From IMG/VR virus record IMGVR_UViG_3300049794_000047: 64,000 nt of DNA; one strand, written 5' to 3'. Positions 1-10,503 of this stretch are shown here, piece after piece. Source of the DNA: a virus. Taxonomy: Duplodnaviria > Caudoviricetes. Both the position numbers and the translations under genes were made by a program. The notes under the pieces are model-generated. The model did not search any database. It worked only from the letters and a program-made list of their open reading frames with translations, and was not told the origin of the DNA. How positions within the stretch are numbered: the stretch's first letter is position 1; every line of letters starts with the position of its first letter.

Positions 1-183
1 TCGCACACAAAGCTGCCTGCGCGGGTGAATCCGCAGGTGAAGTTGTCCACGCCTTGGCGCTGATCGCAGCTTGTGAAGGACGGCCAGAGATGCTGACCCT
101 CGAAAACGCGGAGCGTGGCCCCACGGATTTTCCGGCAGTCCGCAACGCGCCATAAGCCATCAGCCGTACAAAGGAGTTGCCAT

Positions 184-1053
184 TTGGGTTACGCACACAT
201 CGAGAATCTCTACAAAAGCCGGGCGATCCTCCTGTTTCGCCGCTGTTGGGCCCTGGAGAAAGTGCATGGTACCAGCGCGCACGTTACCTACGCCAAGGGG
301 CAGCCGCTATCCTTCTTCTCGGGCGGTGAGAGTCACGGCCGTTTCTGCACGCTGTTCGATGAAACCGCCTTGACGGCTTGCTTCGCCACACTAGGTCACC
401 GTGAAGTTACGATCTACGGCGAAGCGTACGGGGGCCGGTGCATGGGCATGCGAGCAACCTACGGCGACGCGCTGCGATTTATCGCGTTCGACGTTCAGGT
501 CGGCGACGCGTGGCTCTCGATCCCTGATGCCGCCCAGGTCGTCCTGGCCCTGGATCTGGAGTTCGTTCCGTTCGTGGAGGTTTCGACCGATCTTGCGGAG
601 CTAGACCGGGCGCGTGACGCCCCCAGTGTCGTTGCCCAGCGCCGCGGTTGCGGCGACGACAAGGCTCGCGAGGGCGTCGTGCTCCGGCCTCTCGTCGAAG
701 TGACGCTCAACAACGGCCATCGTGTTGTCGCCAAGCACAAACGCGAAGCATTCTCCGAGCGCGCAACCCCGCAAAAGGTTGTCGATGTAGCAAAACTGGC
801 CGTCCTGGCCGAGGCGCAGGCGATCGCGCAAGAGTGGGTCACGCCGATGCGGCTCACCCACGTGCTGGACAAGATGGCCCGCCCGCTCGACATGAGTGCA
901 ACCTCGCAGGTGATCGCCGCCATGATCCACGATGTCTATCGCGAGGCCACGGACGAAATCGTTGAAAGCCGAGACGCCACGACGGCAATCGGCCGGCGCA
1001 CCGCCGGATTGTTCCGGGAGTGGCTCCAGACGCAGATCGACACCCCACAGTAA
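184..1053 (+). CDS. RNA ligase, Rnl2-like nucleotidyltransferase
   Basis: Motif I EKVHGT, then YGEAYG, FIAFDV, EGVVLRP and KHK. TTG start after an AGGAG RBS, within ORF 115..1053. Confidence 0.8.
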   Translation: MGYAHIENLYKSRAILLFRRCWALEKVHGTSAHVTYAKGQPLSFFSGGESHGRFCTLFDETALTACFATLGHREVTIYGEAYGGRCMGMRATYGDALRFIAFDVQVGDAWLSIPDAAQVVLALDLEFVPFVEVSTDLAELDRARDAPSVVAQRRGCGDDKAREGVVLRPLVEVTLNNGHRVVAKHKREAFSERATPQKVVDVAKLAVLAEAQAIAQEWVTPMRLTHVLDKMARPLDMSATSQVIAAMIHDVYREATDEIVESRDATTAIGRRTAGLFREWLQTQIDTPQ

Positions 1054-1064
1054 AGCTAGAAACC

Positions 1065-2219
1065 ATGAAAAATCTTGTCCAAGCCCTGATGCAGGATCGT
1101 CCGACCGATTGGCTCACGATCCTCGAGCGTGACTTCAAGATCCACGTCGTTCGTGATGGCGCGCTCGCGAGCCTCAAGTACAACCAGATCGAATCGCCGA
1201 TGCGCGAGCCGATCGTGCAGCAGTGCCGTGGCATGGTGGTCGACGTCGAGCGTCGCGTCGTCTTCGCGTGGCCGTATGATAAGTTCTGGAACTATGGCGA
1301 AACGGAGGCTGCGACAATCGACTGGTCGACAGCGCGCGTGCAGGAGAAAATGGATGGCTCGCTCCTAATTTGGTACTGGCGCGAGGGCGAGCGACCGCCG
1401 TGGTGGCGGCCCTTGTCCAGATGGCATTGGCACAGGAAGCGGGGATGGTGCGTCGCGAGCAGTGGCCACCCGACGGCGGGCGGATCGTTCGGCGCTGACA
1501 AGCGTACCTTCGGACAGGCCTTCTGGGATCTCGCTCGAACCAGCGCGTTACGGCATCAGGCGGCCGACATGAAAGTCACCTACTTGTTCGAGTTGTGCGA
1601 CGCTCCCAATCGCGTGGTCGTACGCCACGAGCAGCCACGCCTCGTGCTTCATGGTGCGCGCTGGCTGGAGACTGGGGTCGAGCTGACGCGCGAAGAACTC
1701 CTCGAGCACGCCGCTCGCATGGACTGCGAGATCGTGCGCGAGTTCCCGATCCGCACAATCGAGGACTGCCTCACAGCCGCAAGGGAGCTTGACCCGTTGC
1801 AGCAGGAGGGGTTCGTGGTCGTCGACGCCCAGTGCAACCGTATCAAGATCAAGTCACCGCGGTACGTGATTTTGCACCACATGAAGGGGGAAGCGACGCC
1901 ACGACGCGCGATCGAGTTATGGCAGACCGGAGAGACTGGCGAGTTGCTCACGCACTTCCCAGAGATGGCACCAGCGATCGTCCCGATCCAGGAACAACTG
2001 GACAGCATTGCTGAGCAAGCGGTCAAGGACTTCGCCGCGAACTACCCACGGCCAACGCGCAAGGAATTCGCCCTGGCGATCAAAGATCGGCCCTGGTCGG
2101 CGGTGCTGTTTCGTCTGCTAGACTGCGATCCTCCGACCGTCGCCGACGCAAAGGCGATCATGCGGCGCATGACCACTGCGGCGCTGGAGCGCTTGATCGA
2201 GCTCTCACCGAAGACCTGA
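1065..2219 (+). CDS. RNA ligase, T4 Rnl1-like
   Basis: CRG..VD, KFWNYGE, motif I EKMDGSL, EGFVVVD and IKIKSPRY. Confidence 0.85.
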   Translation: MKNLVQALMQDRPTDWLTILERDFKIHVVRDGALASLKYNQIESPMREPIVQQCRGMVVDVERRVVFAWPYDKFWNYGETEAATIDWSTARVQEKMDGSLLIWYWREGERPPWWRPLSRWHWHRKRGWCVASSGHPTAGGSFGADKRTFGQAFWDLARTSALRHQAADMKVTYLFELCDAPNRVVVRHEQPRLVLHGARWLETGVELTREELLEHAARMDCEIVREFPIRTIEDCLTAARELDPLQQEGFVVVDAQCNRIKIKSPRYVILHHMKGEATPRRAIELWQTGETGELLTHFPEMAPAIVPIQEQLDSIAEQAVKDFAANYPRPTRKEFALAIKDRPWSAVLFRLLDCDPPTVADAKAIMRRMTTAALERLIELSPKT

Positions 2220-2236
2220 TCGGGAATGGACTTCCA

Positions 2237-2954
2237 ATGAACATTATTTTCCTGGACATCGACGGCGTGCTCAACCACCCCGGCACGTATTGCGAGGCTG
2301 CCCCGTGGCGGCGTGAAGCTGGCGAGATCTTGCGCGTACCCGTCGCCTCGGAATGCATGGCCCGCCTCAACCGACTGGTCGACGAGACTGGGGCTCGAAT
2401 CGTCATCAGTTCGTCTTGGCGGCTGTTCGCGCATTGGCAGGATCTCGGCCCCGCTCTCAAGCGCTACGGTCTAACTGGCGAAGTGATCGGCGAGACCCCG
2501 GATCTCATCAACGACGCGATCTGGCTCGAGGCCTGGCGCATGCGCGAGGGGGCCCTTCACGTATGAACGCCTGGAGCGCGGCTGGCAAATCGCTGAATGG
2601 CTACGCGCCCATCCTGACGTGACATCGTTCGTGATCCTCGACGACGGTTCGGACATGGCTGACCTTCGCCATCGCCTGGTCCTCGTGGATCCAACGATCA
2701 GTCTAGATGACCCTGACGTTGAGCGGGCGAAGTGGCTCCTCGAGCGTCCCAACGCGAAACCTGGCGCGACCCCAGGCGCAATCCCGGACGCGACTCCGGA
2801 TACAACCTCCGACGCGACCTCCGACGCGACCTCCGACGCGACCCCGGCCGCCCCCCGCAACACGACTCCGGACGCGACTCCGGACGCGACCCTGGACACA
2901 GCCCTGGGCACCTCCCTGGAGGCAACCCGGGACGCGACCCCCGACGCAACATGA
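2237..2954 (+). pseudogene. HAD-family phosphatase (RNA-repair type), frameshifted near 2550, with a low-complexity DATP/DATS tail
   Basis: IIFLDIDGVLN and IVISSSWR in one frame; ERGWQIAEWL...FVILDD continues in another frame after a G/C run. Confidence 0.7.
2760..2950 (+). repeat. Degenerate 12-bp tandem repeat (gacgcgacctcc-like)
   Basis: Repeated gacgcgac(c/t)(c/t)c(c/g) units encoding DAT(P/S). Confidence 0.85.
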
Positions 2955-3475
2955 AAAATCCTACGTGTGAGATCTGCGGACTTGAAGAGCCCGCGACGGG
3001 CACTCCTCTGTGCCTCGACTGCGAGGCGATCCGCCACCACAAGCTCACGGATCGCACCGTCTTCGTGGTCGACGGTTCATGGAGCCCGGATCACCCAATG
3101 ATCGGCGGCGCTGGTATCGTATTGGTGGACGGCGGACCCTCGGGCGAGGTCGTAGGGCAGCGCTACTGTGGCTTCCGGTGTCACGGCTCGCAGGACGCTG
3201 AGTACGAGGCGATCCTGAGGGCGCATCGCTGGGCATCGGAGGCGTTGATCTACAGTGACGCGCAGTTTGTGGTCCGTCGTCTCCAGGGCTATCGGCGAAC
3301 ACAGTCCACGCTTGGCCGGCAAGTCAGGTTCCTGCGCCGAACCCCTCACCTCCGGGGGGAGGCCTACCAGCAGGCGCACCGCTTATCCGTGCAGGGCCGG
3401 CGGACCCTCGTAAATCGGGAAGTGTCGAAAACGGCAGCCCACGAAGACGACGCCAACGCGTTCAAGGCGTGCTGA
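2951..3475 (+). CDS. RNase H-like protein with an N-terminal CxxC-CxxC zinc ribbon
   Basis: VVDGS, GAGIV, AEYEAI and IYSDAQFVV match the RNase HI acidic residue pattern; N-terminal CEIC/CLDC. Confidence 0.7.
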   Translation: MKNPTCEICGLEEPATGTPLCLDCEAIRHHKLTDRTVFVVDGSWSPDHPMIGGAGIVLVDGGPSGEVVGQRYCGFRCHGSQDAEYEAILRAHRWASEALIYSDAQFVVRRLQGYRRTQSTLGRQVRFLRRTPHLRGEAYQQAHRLSVQGRRTLVNREVSKTAAHEDDANAFKAC

Positions 3476-3600
3476 CCCCCGCGTTTGCCCGCACTGCGGC
3501 CACCCACCAGACGACTTCGCGAACGAATGGCCACTCGTCGAGGGCGGGGGAACGCGAGGACTCGCTAGAAGCGCGCACGACAGATCAGAGAAAACGACCC

Positions 3601-4281
3601 GTGACGACACAAAGGAAAAAGCACGTGATCCCAAATGAAAAAGAATCCACGATCGCCGCCGTCTCACGTGTCCTCTCACGCGAAACCGGCTTCGTGCCGA
3701 GCAACGTACTCGCGATGATGTTGATCGAGGCCGTACGCGAAACAACCCCGCCCCCTCGTGAGGTCACACTTGGCATGTTGTCCAAGATCCTCCGATCGCT
3801 AGAGCCGACGCAGGCTCTTGACGCTTGGGCGTCGCGGGCATCCCGCGAAATCGTCAAGATCTTGTCGGGACGACCCGAGATCCAGCGCTTCGCCGCGCGT
3901 GACGAGGACGAGCATCTCTGGTGCACCCTAGAGGGCGTGATCGCCGGCCTCCTGATTCGTGTCTGTTGCGGGCAAGATCTCGATAAGCGCTGGTACGCAG
4001 AGCTAGGGGCCCGGGGGCCCGCCGAGCGAGGGATCCGTACCGACGATGCCGTAACCTCAATCGGCGGAGCGCCGATCGCCGTTCGCGCCTGGCCCGGCGA
4101 GTACGTGATCGGACTGGCCGAACACGACGCTGCGTCCGGCGCCACGATCAAGTTTCGCGGGACGACGTTCCGGGTCGGTGACCGGCCGCGCACCCCGCCG
4201 GCGAACTGGTGCCACCCGCCCGGGATGTGCCACGACCAATGCCCGTCGCAGCCTACGTTGGAAAAGAAGAACGAATCGTGA
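3601..4281 (+). CDS. Hypothetical protein
   Basis: Part of ORF 3469..4281, co-oriented with neighbours; start uncertain. Confidence 0.5.
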   Translation: MTTQRKKHVIPNEKESTIAAVSRVLSRETGFVPSNVLAMMLIEAVRETTPPPREVTLGMLSKILRSLEPTQALDAWASRASREIVKILSGRPEIQRFAARDEDEHLWCTLEGVIAGLLIRVCCGQDLDKRWYAELGARGPAERGIRTDDAVTSIGGAPIAVRAWPGEYVIGLAEHDAASGATIKFRGTTFRVGDRPRTPPANWCHPPGMCHDQCPSQPTLEKKNES

Positions 4282-4366
4282 AGCCTGGTCGACGGGCGGC
4301 TCCTCCGGGAGCGCGACGTGGCTAACCGTGCGACCGCGCCGCGGGCACCAGGCGAGTCCATTCTAA

Positions 4367-4477
4367 GGGCCCGCGTATAAATAAGTCGATCGATTTGGAT
4401 GGGCTGTCACTTTAATTTCCGTCGAGAAAATGTGCCTGGTGTCACGTCAATCAACTGAGTTATTTATACGGGTGGCC
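4367..4477. mobile_element. MITE-like element, family 2 (111 bp)
   Basis: Imperfect terminal inverted repeats GGGCCCGCGTATAAATAA / GGCCACCCGTATAAATAA, TAA on both sides, AT-rich interior. Confidence 0.65.
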
Positions 4478-5439
4478 TAAGGCACCAGGCGAGCCCATTC
4501 TAAGGCAATGCTACTTGAAGGACTCCGATGTCAGTGCTCCAAGATCCCAGTCCTGACCATCGGGCCCGAGGTAACCTACACAGCCATTCAGAACCAGGTT
4601 GGTGATCTCTGGGCCTCCACGCCCAGCGGCAAGTTCACGCTTGAGTTTGGCAGCCTTGCGCTTGCTCAAGAGGTGTGTCGCACCGCTTGCGTGTCGAAGA
4701 AACAAGACGGTTTCCATACGAAATAGGTTAAGACACAACACGCTTTCGAGCAAGGGGCGCGGGTCGGCCCTGCTGTGGCCCAAGCACGCGACAGAGGTCG
4801 GCCCACGGACCATCGAGGCTGCGAGGTGTGAACACCACCTCAGAATTCTAGGACGCGGCCGTACCGCGTACAACAAGCCACGGTCTGCGTCCTGCGGATT
4901 CAACTGTGATGCGCCGTCTACGGTCTGGCCACCATCCGAACAATCAGGCAAAGTGTCACAATGACGAGAACGCCTGATGACCCGCATGACCGAGCAAGCG
5001 ACGTCGAGGGGGGTCCGCGCGAGCATGCTGGTAGCGATCGACACTGCCAACGCCAGGCACGGCGCCGAAAACGAGATGCCAGGGCTCCGCGCCGCGATCA
5101 TGACATGGCCGGACCGGCGTCTCGCCGCGCGACTGCCTGCCGAGGCGAGAGCCTTCCTGGAAAAGGAGTTCGAAGGTGAGTAACAGCCCGACGACCCGTG
5201 TCCCGTTGCGATATCAACGCTGTAGGTCAACCGATGAAGAAAAGCAAGCCATCCCCGGATCAGGAGCACCACATGGTGATGCGCGAGCAAGTCGAAGCCC
5301 TTGCACGAGGTCTCAGCGACCATCCGACCGGGAGGGCTTTTCGTGAAATGTTGACGGCCTCGGATCAGCAAGTGTTCGAGATCTGGCTGCCAAAAGGGTA
5401 CTGTAATGACTGTGCTCTCTGTAAACCTCGAAGTTGAGT

Positions 5440-5532
5440 CGTCCCCCGTGTCTGTCCCGTGCTTGTCCCCGTCCCCCGTGTCTGTCCCGTGCTTGTCCCC
5501 GTGTCCCCGTTCCCCGTGTCTGTCCCCGTGTC
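5440..5532. repeat. Tandem gtccccgtg/gtctgtcccgtgctt repeats
   Basis: Visible short-period repeat. Confidence 0.8.
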
Positions 5533-5537
5533 CCAGT

Positions 5538-5605
5538 GGGTACTCAAATACCCCGTATCCAGGACACTTCAATGTGAAGACCTGAATACGGGTGAAACAG
5601 TACCC
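5538..5605. promoter_or_regulatory. Paired palindromic operator-like sites GGGT(A/G)-N6-TACCC
   Basis: Sites at 5538-5553 and 5590-5605; the same arrangement occurs at 31676-31744. Confidence 0.55.
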
Positions 5606-5674
5606 AGGGGACTACAGAATTCAGTAGTTAGCCCCGCCACGAAGTTGGCCCTCATCAAGCAAAGCCCTAGTTCC

Positions 5675-6076
5675 ATGTTGAGCAACGTCCTCTTCATCCT
5701 CCTCGGCGCTGGACTCGTCTCCGTCGGCTTCCTCGCCGCGGCGCTCGCGGAGCACATCCGCGGCCACGTCCCGCGCGAGACGGAACCCCGTGCACAGCTG
5801 AACCGCGTGCAGAAGGCGACCCTCATCTCCCTCGACGAGGGTGCCGCGTTGATTCGTCCGACGCCCACCGCGAAGACCCCGCGCGTCTCCCGCACCGAGG
5901 CAAAGGTCGTTACCAGCACGGGCGGGGACGAAGTGATCGCCGCACTCGTGGCCGCGGGCTACAAGAAGCCCATCGCGACCGAGGCGACGTGGGCCTGCGG
6001 CGTCGCTGAGCGCGCGACGATCGAGGGCTGGGCAGCGTCGGCGCTGCGCCGTTGCGGGCGGGGAGGGGCGTCGTGA
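5675..6076 (+). CDS. N-terminal transmembrane helix plus RuvA C-terminal (domain III)-like protein
   Basis: Hydrophobic VLFILLGAGLVSVGFLAAALA; C-terminal DEVIAALVAAGYKKPIATEA resembles the RuvA-C AL..LGY motif; ruvB lies about 1.1 kb downstream. Confidence 0.65.
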   Translation: MLSNVLFILLGAGLVSVGFLAAALAEHIRGHVPRETEPRAQLNRVQKATLISLDEGAALIRPTPTAKTPRVSRTEAKVVTSTGGDEVIAALVAAGYKKPIATEATWACGVAERATIEGWAASALRRCGRGGAS

Positions 6077-7225
6077 AGCCGGTTCCCTGGGACCCGGGGG
6101 ACGACGCGCTCCGCGCACTCCTAGGAGCCTCTCACGACGACCTCGACGCGAAGAGCCTCGCCGCACTGGTCAATGCCTGCGTCGAGGCGCTCCGCGCCCA
6201 CGACGAGGAGGTCCGCGCAGACGCGTGTGCCCGGATCCACCTCTTCCTCTGTCGAAGCGGCGCTGCGATCCCGCCCAGTGTCCCGCGTGAGACCCCAAGA
6301 CCCCAAAACGTCCAGAAGAAAGCCCCCGCACTGCCCCTCCTCTTCATCGTCCTTCACCTGGCGTGGGGGCTCGTCTCCGACAGCGTCGACACCCTTCTGG
6401 TCTGGATGCGCCTCAAGCACTGGCCGGCGACCGGCCGCGCCCAGTGGAACCGGCGTCGTCGCCCTGACCCACGTGCCCAAGCCTGGCAACGCCTGATCAA
6501 ACCTGCGCCTCGAGACCCCCGCCCCGCCATACCCTGCCCCCACCAGGACACCTTCGGCAGAACCTGGGTCGTGTCGTCCCGCGCGGAGTACCGCGGGCAT
6601 CCTGGTCCTGCGCGTGTATGCGTGCAGTGTGGGGCCAACGTCTCTGACAAACCCAGGAATCCGCCCCAGTGAGTGACCTGACGAACAAGGAATTGCGCCG
6701 CCGCCCCAATACACCACTGAACCCTCCCCCGTGCCGTTGGCCAGAATGTTTAAAGTTGTCTGACTTCTTCGCTCTAGACAACCGTGCAAAGTTCGGTTAC
6801 CTGTGCACGACGCATTGGTATGGATTCATCAACCTCAACGAACAGGCGTTTTACGAAGGCGCTCCTCAGGGAGCCTTTGGAAAGAAAAACAATGAATGAC
6901 CCGTTCGACATGGACCTCAAGTACCTGATCAAACACGCCACTGATCAGCACGGCGCCTTGAACCCCGTCCTGGCACTCCTCATCAAGGAGGTCATGGGCC
7001 ACCGCACGGCCCAGGCCACCAGTGCGGAACGCGTGCGACAGGTGGTACTGCAGACCTTCGCTCAACTCTCTGAAGGAATCGGCGTCGTGGTCATCAGTCA
7101 CAACCCCGTGCACCTCCAGACACGGGTGTCCAACTACTCATGCTCAGAGGTCAAGCAGTTAGCCCTCAAGATGACCCGGTACACGGCTCAAGAGGGCTGG
7201 CACACGGATCGCAATACCTCTCCAC

Positions 7226-8275
7226 ATGCCCACGCACCTCCACCTCGTCCACGATGACGGCTCCCGCCCGACGACTTCCCGCTCCGCGGCGGAAGATCCA
7301 GCCTTGCGGCCGACGTCCTTCGACGACTATATCGGCCAAACCGAGGTGATCGCGAATCTGCGCAGTGCCGTCCGTGCCGCCAAGCGCGGCGGCTGGCAAC
7401 TCGATCACCAACTCTTCGCCGGCGGTCCAGGGCTCGGCAAAACGTCACTTGCCGCCGTCATCGCCGCCGAGTTGGGAGGCAAACTCCGAGCGACCGCGGC
7501 CCCCGCGATCGAGCACAAAGGCGCACTGGCGACCCTGCTCACCACGCTGGAGGATGGCGACGTCCTGTTCATCGATGAGCTCCACGCGCTCGACCAAGCC
7601 ACCGCAGAGTGTCTATACTCAGCCATGGAGGACGGCATGATCGACCTGCCGGCTGGCAAGCACGTCATCCGTGTACCGTTGCCGAAGTTCACGCTGCTCG
7701 GGGCAACGACCCACGCAGGCAAGCTCTCCAAGCCCCTGCGCGATCGCTTTGGCTTCATCTGGCAGCTCCGGCCCTACACGCTGCCCGAGATGACGACGAT
7801 CGTCGCCCGGTCCGCACGGAAGCTCGGCGTCGCGACCGACGAGGACGGTGCCGCCACGATCGCACAGGCGTCGCGCGGTACCCCGCGCATCGCCAACCGC
7901 CTCCTACGTCGCGTGCGCGATACCGCGGCCAACACGGCGGCCGACGGTGCCCTCGTCCTGAGCGGTCTCCTGACAGGCGTCAACGGCACCATCAACGGAC
8001 CGCTCGCGAGCACCGCGCTCGCGCAGCTCGGCATCGACCACCTGGGTCTCGACGCGCTCGACCGCCGCTACCTCGCGATCGTCGCCGAACGCCCGGTCGG
8101 TATCGACGCGATCTGCGCCGAGCTCGCCGAAGATCGCAGCACGATCGAAGACACGATCGAGCCCTGGCTGATGCAGGCAGGTTTGATCAAGCGCGGCAGC
8201 AAGGGCCGCCTCGCGACCGAAGCGGGGCTGCAGCACATCGCGGAGATGGCATCGTGTGCGGAGACGGAGTCATGA
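7226..8275 (+). CDS. ruvB: Holliday junction branch migration ATPase RuvB
   Basis: LRPTSFDDYIGQ, Walker A GGPGLGKTSLA, LFIDELH, FTLLGATT, LRDRFG, SRGTPRIANRLLRRVRD and IEPWL. Confidence 0.95.
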   Translation: MPTHLHLVHDDGSRPTTSRSAAEDPALRPTSFDDYIGQTEVIANLRSAVRAAKRGGWQLDHQLFAGGPGLGKTSLAAVIAAELGGKLRATAAPAIEHKGALATLLTTLEDGDVLFIDELHALDQATAECLYSAMEDGMIDLPAGKHVIRVPLPKFTLLGATTHAGKLSKPLRDRFGFIWQLRPYTLPEMTTIVARSARKLGVATDEDGAATIAQASRGTPRIANRLLRRVRDTAANTAADGALVLSGLLTGVNGTINGPLASTALAQLGIDHLGLDALDRRYLAIVAERPVGIDAICAELAEDRSTIEDTIEPWLMQAGLIKRGSKGRLATEAGLQHIAEMASCAETES

Positions 8276-9033
8276 ACGCACCTCGCGGTGATAGCATCGT
8301 GCGCGGAGACGTCGTCGTGACGGCGCCTCGCGGCGCGGGAGACGTACATGCCGATATCGTCGTGAGCGCACCGCGCGGCGCGGGAGACGTACATGCCGAT
8401 ATCGTCGTGAGCGCACCGCGCGGCGCGGGAGACGTACATGCCGATATCGTCGTGAGCGCAGCGCGCGGCGCTGGAGACGTACGCGGAGACGTCGTTGTGA
8501 GTGCACCTCGCGGAGATGGCATCGGGCGCGGAGACGGCCTCATGAGCGCGCCGCGCGGCGATGGCGTCGCACGCGAGGATGGAAACGGGCGCGACCCCCG
8601 GGGGGCTGGCAACGTGCACACGGACGCCCTCGACAAGACTTCCGATCTCCACATGCCCGAGGGCCTCAACATCGCCGGCCAGCGCGCATACGCGATCATT
8701 GTCGCGTACCTCAAGCAGCACAACCGGACCAACACCGGCGGCTGCCGGGCGTTCTACGCACCGATCGAGTGGAAGGCCCGCGGGGAGATATATGGCACCG
8801 CGTCACACCTGGTCGTCGTGTACGACGGCGGCGACATGCGTCCGGTGTTCTCGATGGACGCCGCATACGGCCTTGACTGCGAGCTCTTCCAAAAAACGAG
8901 GGTGCGCCGCGAGCCGTACGCCCTCTACGAGGGCATGCAAAAGAAGCTCTGCGCGGCAGGCTTGTACTTCGAGGAATGCACCCGTTGGTGTTCAGCGGTG
9001 TACAGCATCCACCAGGAAGGTCATCCGTCATGA
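8272..9033 (+). CDS. Hypothetical protein with N-terminal 16-aa repeats (SAPRGAGDVHADIVV)
   Basis: ATG overlaps the ruvB stop; 48-bp tandem repeats at about 8272-8600. Confidence 0.65.
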   Translation: MNAPRGDSIVRGDVVVTAPRGAGDVHADIVVSAPRGAGDVHADIVVSAPRGAGDVHADIVVSAARGAGDVRGDVVVSAPRGDGIGRGDGLMSAPRGDGVAREDGNGRDPRGAGNVHTDALDKTSDLHMPEGLNIAGQRAYAIIVAYLKQHNRTNTGGCRAFYAPIEWKARGEIYGTASHLVVVYDGGDMRPVFSMDAAYGLDCELFQKTRVRREPYALYEGMQKKLCAAGLYFEECTRWCSAVYSIHQEGHPS

Positions 9034-9440
9034 ACGAGAGCACTGTCCAGGAGTCCACTTGCAACCCGCCCATCAAGGCAGGTGACCTGTTGTACGCCGT
9101 AGGCCCAGATTCCTGTACGCCGCTCGGCACGACGTCCCTGAAAGTCTACAGCACCATCGTGACGGGCGTCTCCAAAAACGCGAGTGAAGTGCTCATGATC
9201 GCACTGGACCCCGACCCCCCGACCCTCGGCTTCCCGAAATGGACCTGCCATGACTACGACATCGGGATCCACGTTCATCGCTCTAGGATCGATGCCGTGC
9301 GCGCGTTCTACAAGCAGGCCCATCACCGTCTCCATGCTGCCGCGCGTGCGCTTGAACAGGCCAACGAAGAGATCCAGTGGGCCCTTGATGAAGAGGGATC
9401 CATCAAAGCGGCAGCCGAGTGCGGGGAGCGCTCTCCATGA
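9030..9440 (+). CDS. Hypothetical protein
   Basis: ATGA overlaps with both neighbours. Confidence 0.55.
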   Translation: MNESTVQESTCNPPIKAGDLLYAVGPDSCTPLGTTSLKVYSTIVTGVSKNASEVLMIALDPDPPTLGFPKWTCHDYDIGIHVHRSRIDAVRAFYKQAHHRLHAAARALEQANEEIQWALDEEGSIKAAAECGERSP

Positions 9441-10021
9441 GCGGCTGGAATCGCCTGACGAACGGGCTCCGCAGTGAGCTGATCAAGCTCCCGGTGTGGA
9501 CCACTGAGGAAGATCGTCGACGCGCACTGTCGTACGCGGACCGCCACGTCGCAGAGGCCCGGGAAGCGATCGCGGCCGTTCATGCGGGACGAAAAGCCCC
9601 GCCCAACCTCGGCGAGATCATCGCGGTCGCGTTCTACGAGAACGCGGGCTGGATGCCCGATGGAGGCTTCATCCGCTGCCGCCGGCAGGTGGCGCCGGGG
9701 ACGAGCAGCTGGACAGTTGAGGCGCTAGTCCAGTGGCTGGGCTGCCTCGAAAGCGATCTGCAGCGCCAACTGAGCGATCTCGAGAGCAGGCTGAAGATCC
9801 AGTGCCAAGAGCAGGACGAGCGCGTCGCGGTGGCGCAGGACATCGCACATCGAGTCCACCAGCAATTGCAGGCACACCACCAGCAACGGATCCTGGCGTG
9901 TCTAGCCGTCGAAGACATCGACGGGGCACGCGAGATTGCTCGCCGCCTGCCCGCTGGTACCGTGCGGGGCGAGATCGACTCCATCATCACTCACGAAGGG
10001 AACAGCAAGAAGGTCACCTGA
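9437..10021 (+). CDS. Hypothetical protein with coiled-coil C-terminus
   Basis: Overlapping start/stop chain; Q/E/L-rich C-terminus. Confidence 0.55.
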   Translation: MSGWNRLTNGLRSELIKLPVWTTEEDRRRALSYADRHVAEAREAIAAVHAGRKAPPNLGEIIAVAFYENAGWMPDGGFIRCRRQVAPGTSSWTVEALVQWLGCLESDLQRQLSDLESRLKIQCQEQDERVAVAQDIAHRVHQQLQAHHQQRILACLAVEDIDGAREIARRLPAGTVRGEIDSIITHEGNSKKVT

Positions 10022-10503
10022 TGCCCAAGAAGACCATGGTGAAGCGCTTCGCCGTATTCTCTGGTGACCTATTCTACCCGAATGGCGGCTGGAAAGACTT
10101 TCAGTCGAGTCACGCCACGCTCACAGAAGCGAAAAAAGCATTGGCGCCCGGCGATTGGTTGCAGATCGTCGATCTGTCGACCGGGCGAATCGTCGCACCG
10201 GGGAAATAGCAGCTATGCCGAAGAAGCACAAGACCGCTAAACATCACCCCCCGCAAGGCTCGTCGCAGAAACGTGCGACGACCTCATCGATAACGCGGAC
10301 GCGCGCGCCTACGCTGCCGCCATGGACCCCACCATGGACCTGCTCGATATGGATGTACGACAAGATCCGCCGACATCGTGTCATAATCGCGCGGCTCGAG
10401 GTGCTGGTAGAACAACTCGAGTCACGGCCGCATGACTGGCCTGCGATCCAGCCGGCGGCTGTCGCCGCCGAACTCCGCAGTCGCATGAGGACGCTGTGAC
10501 GCT

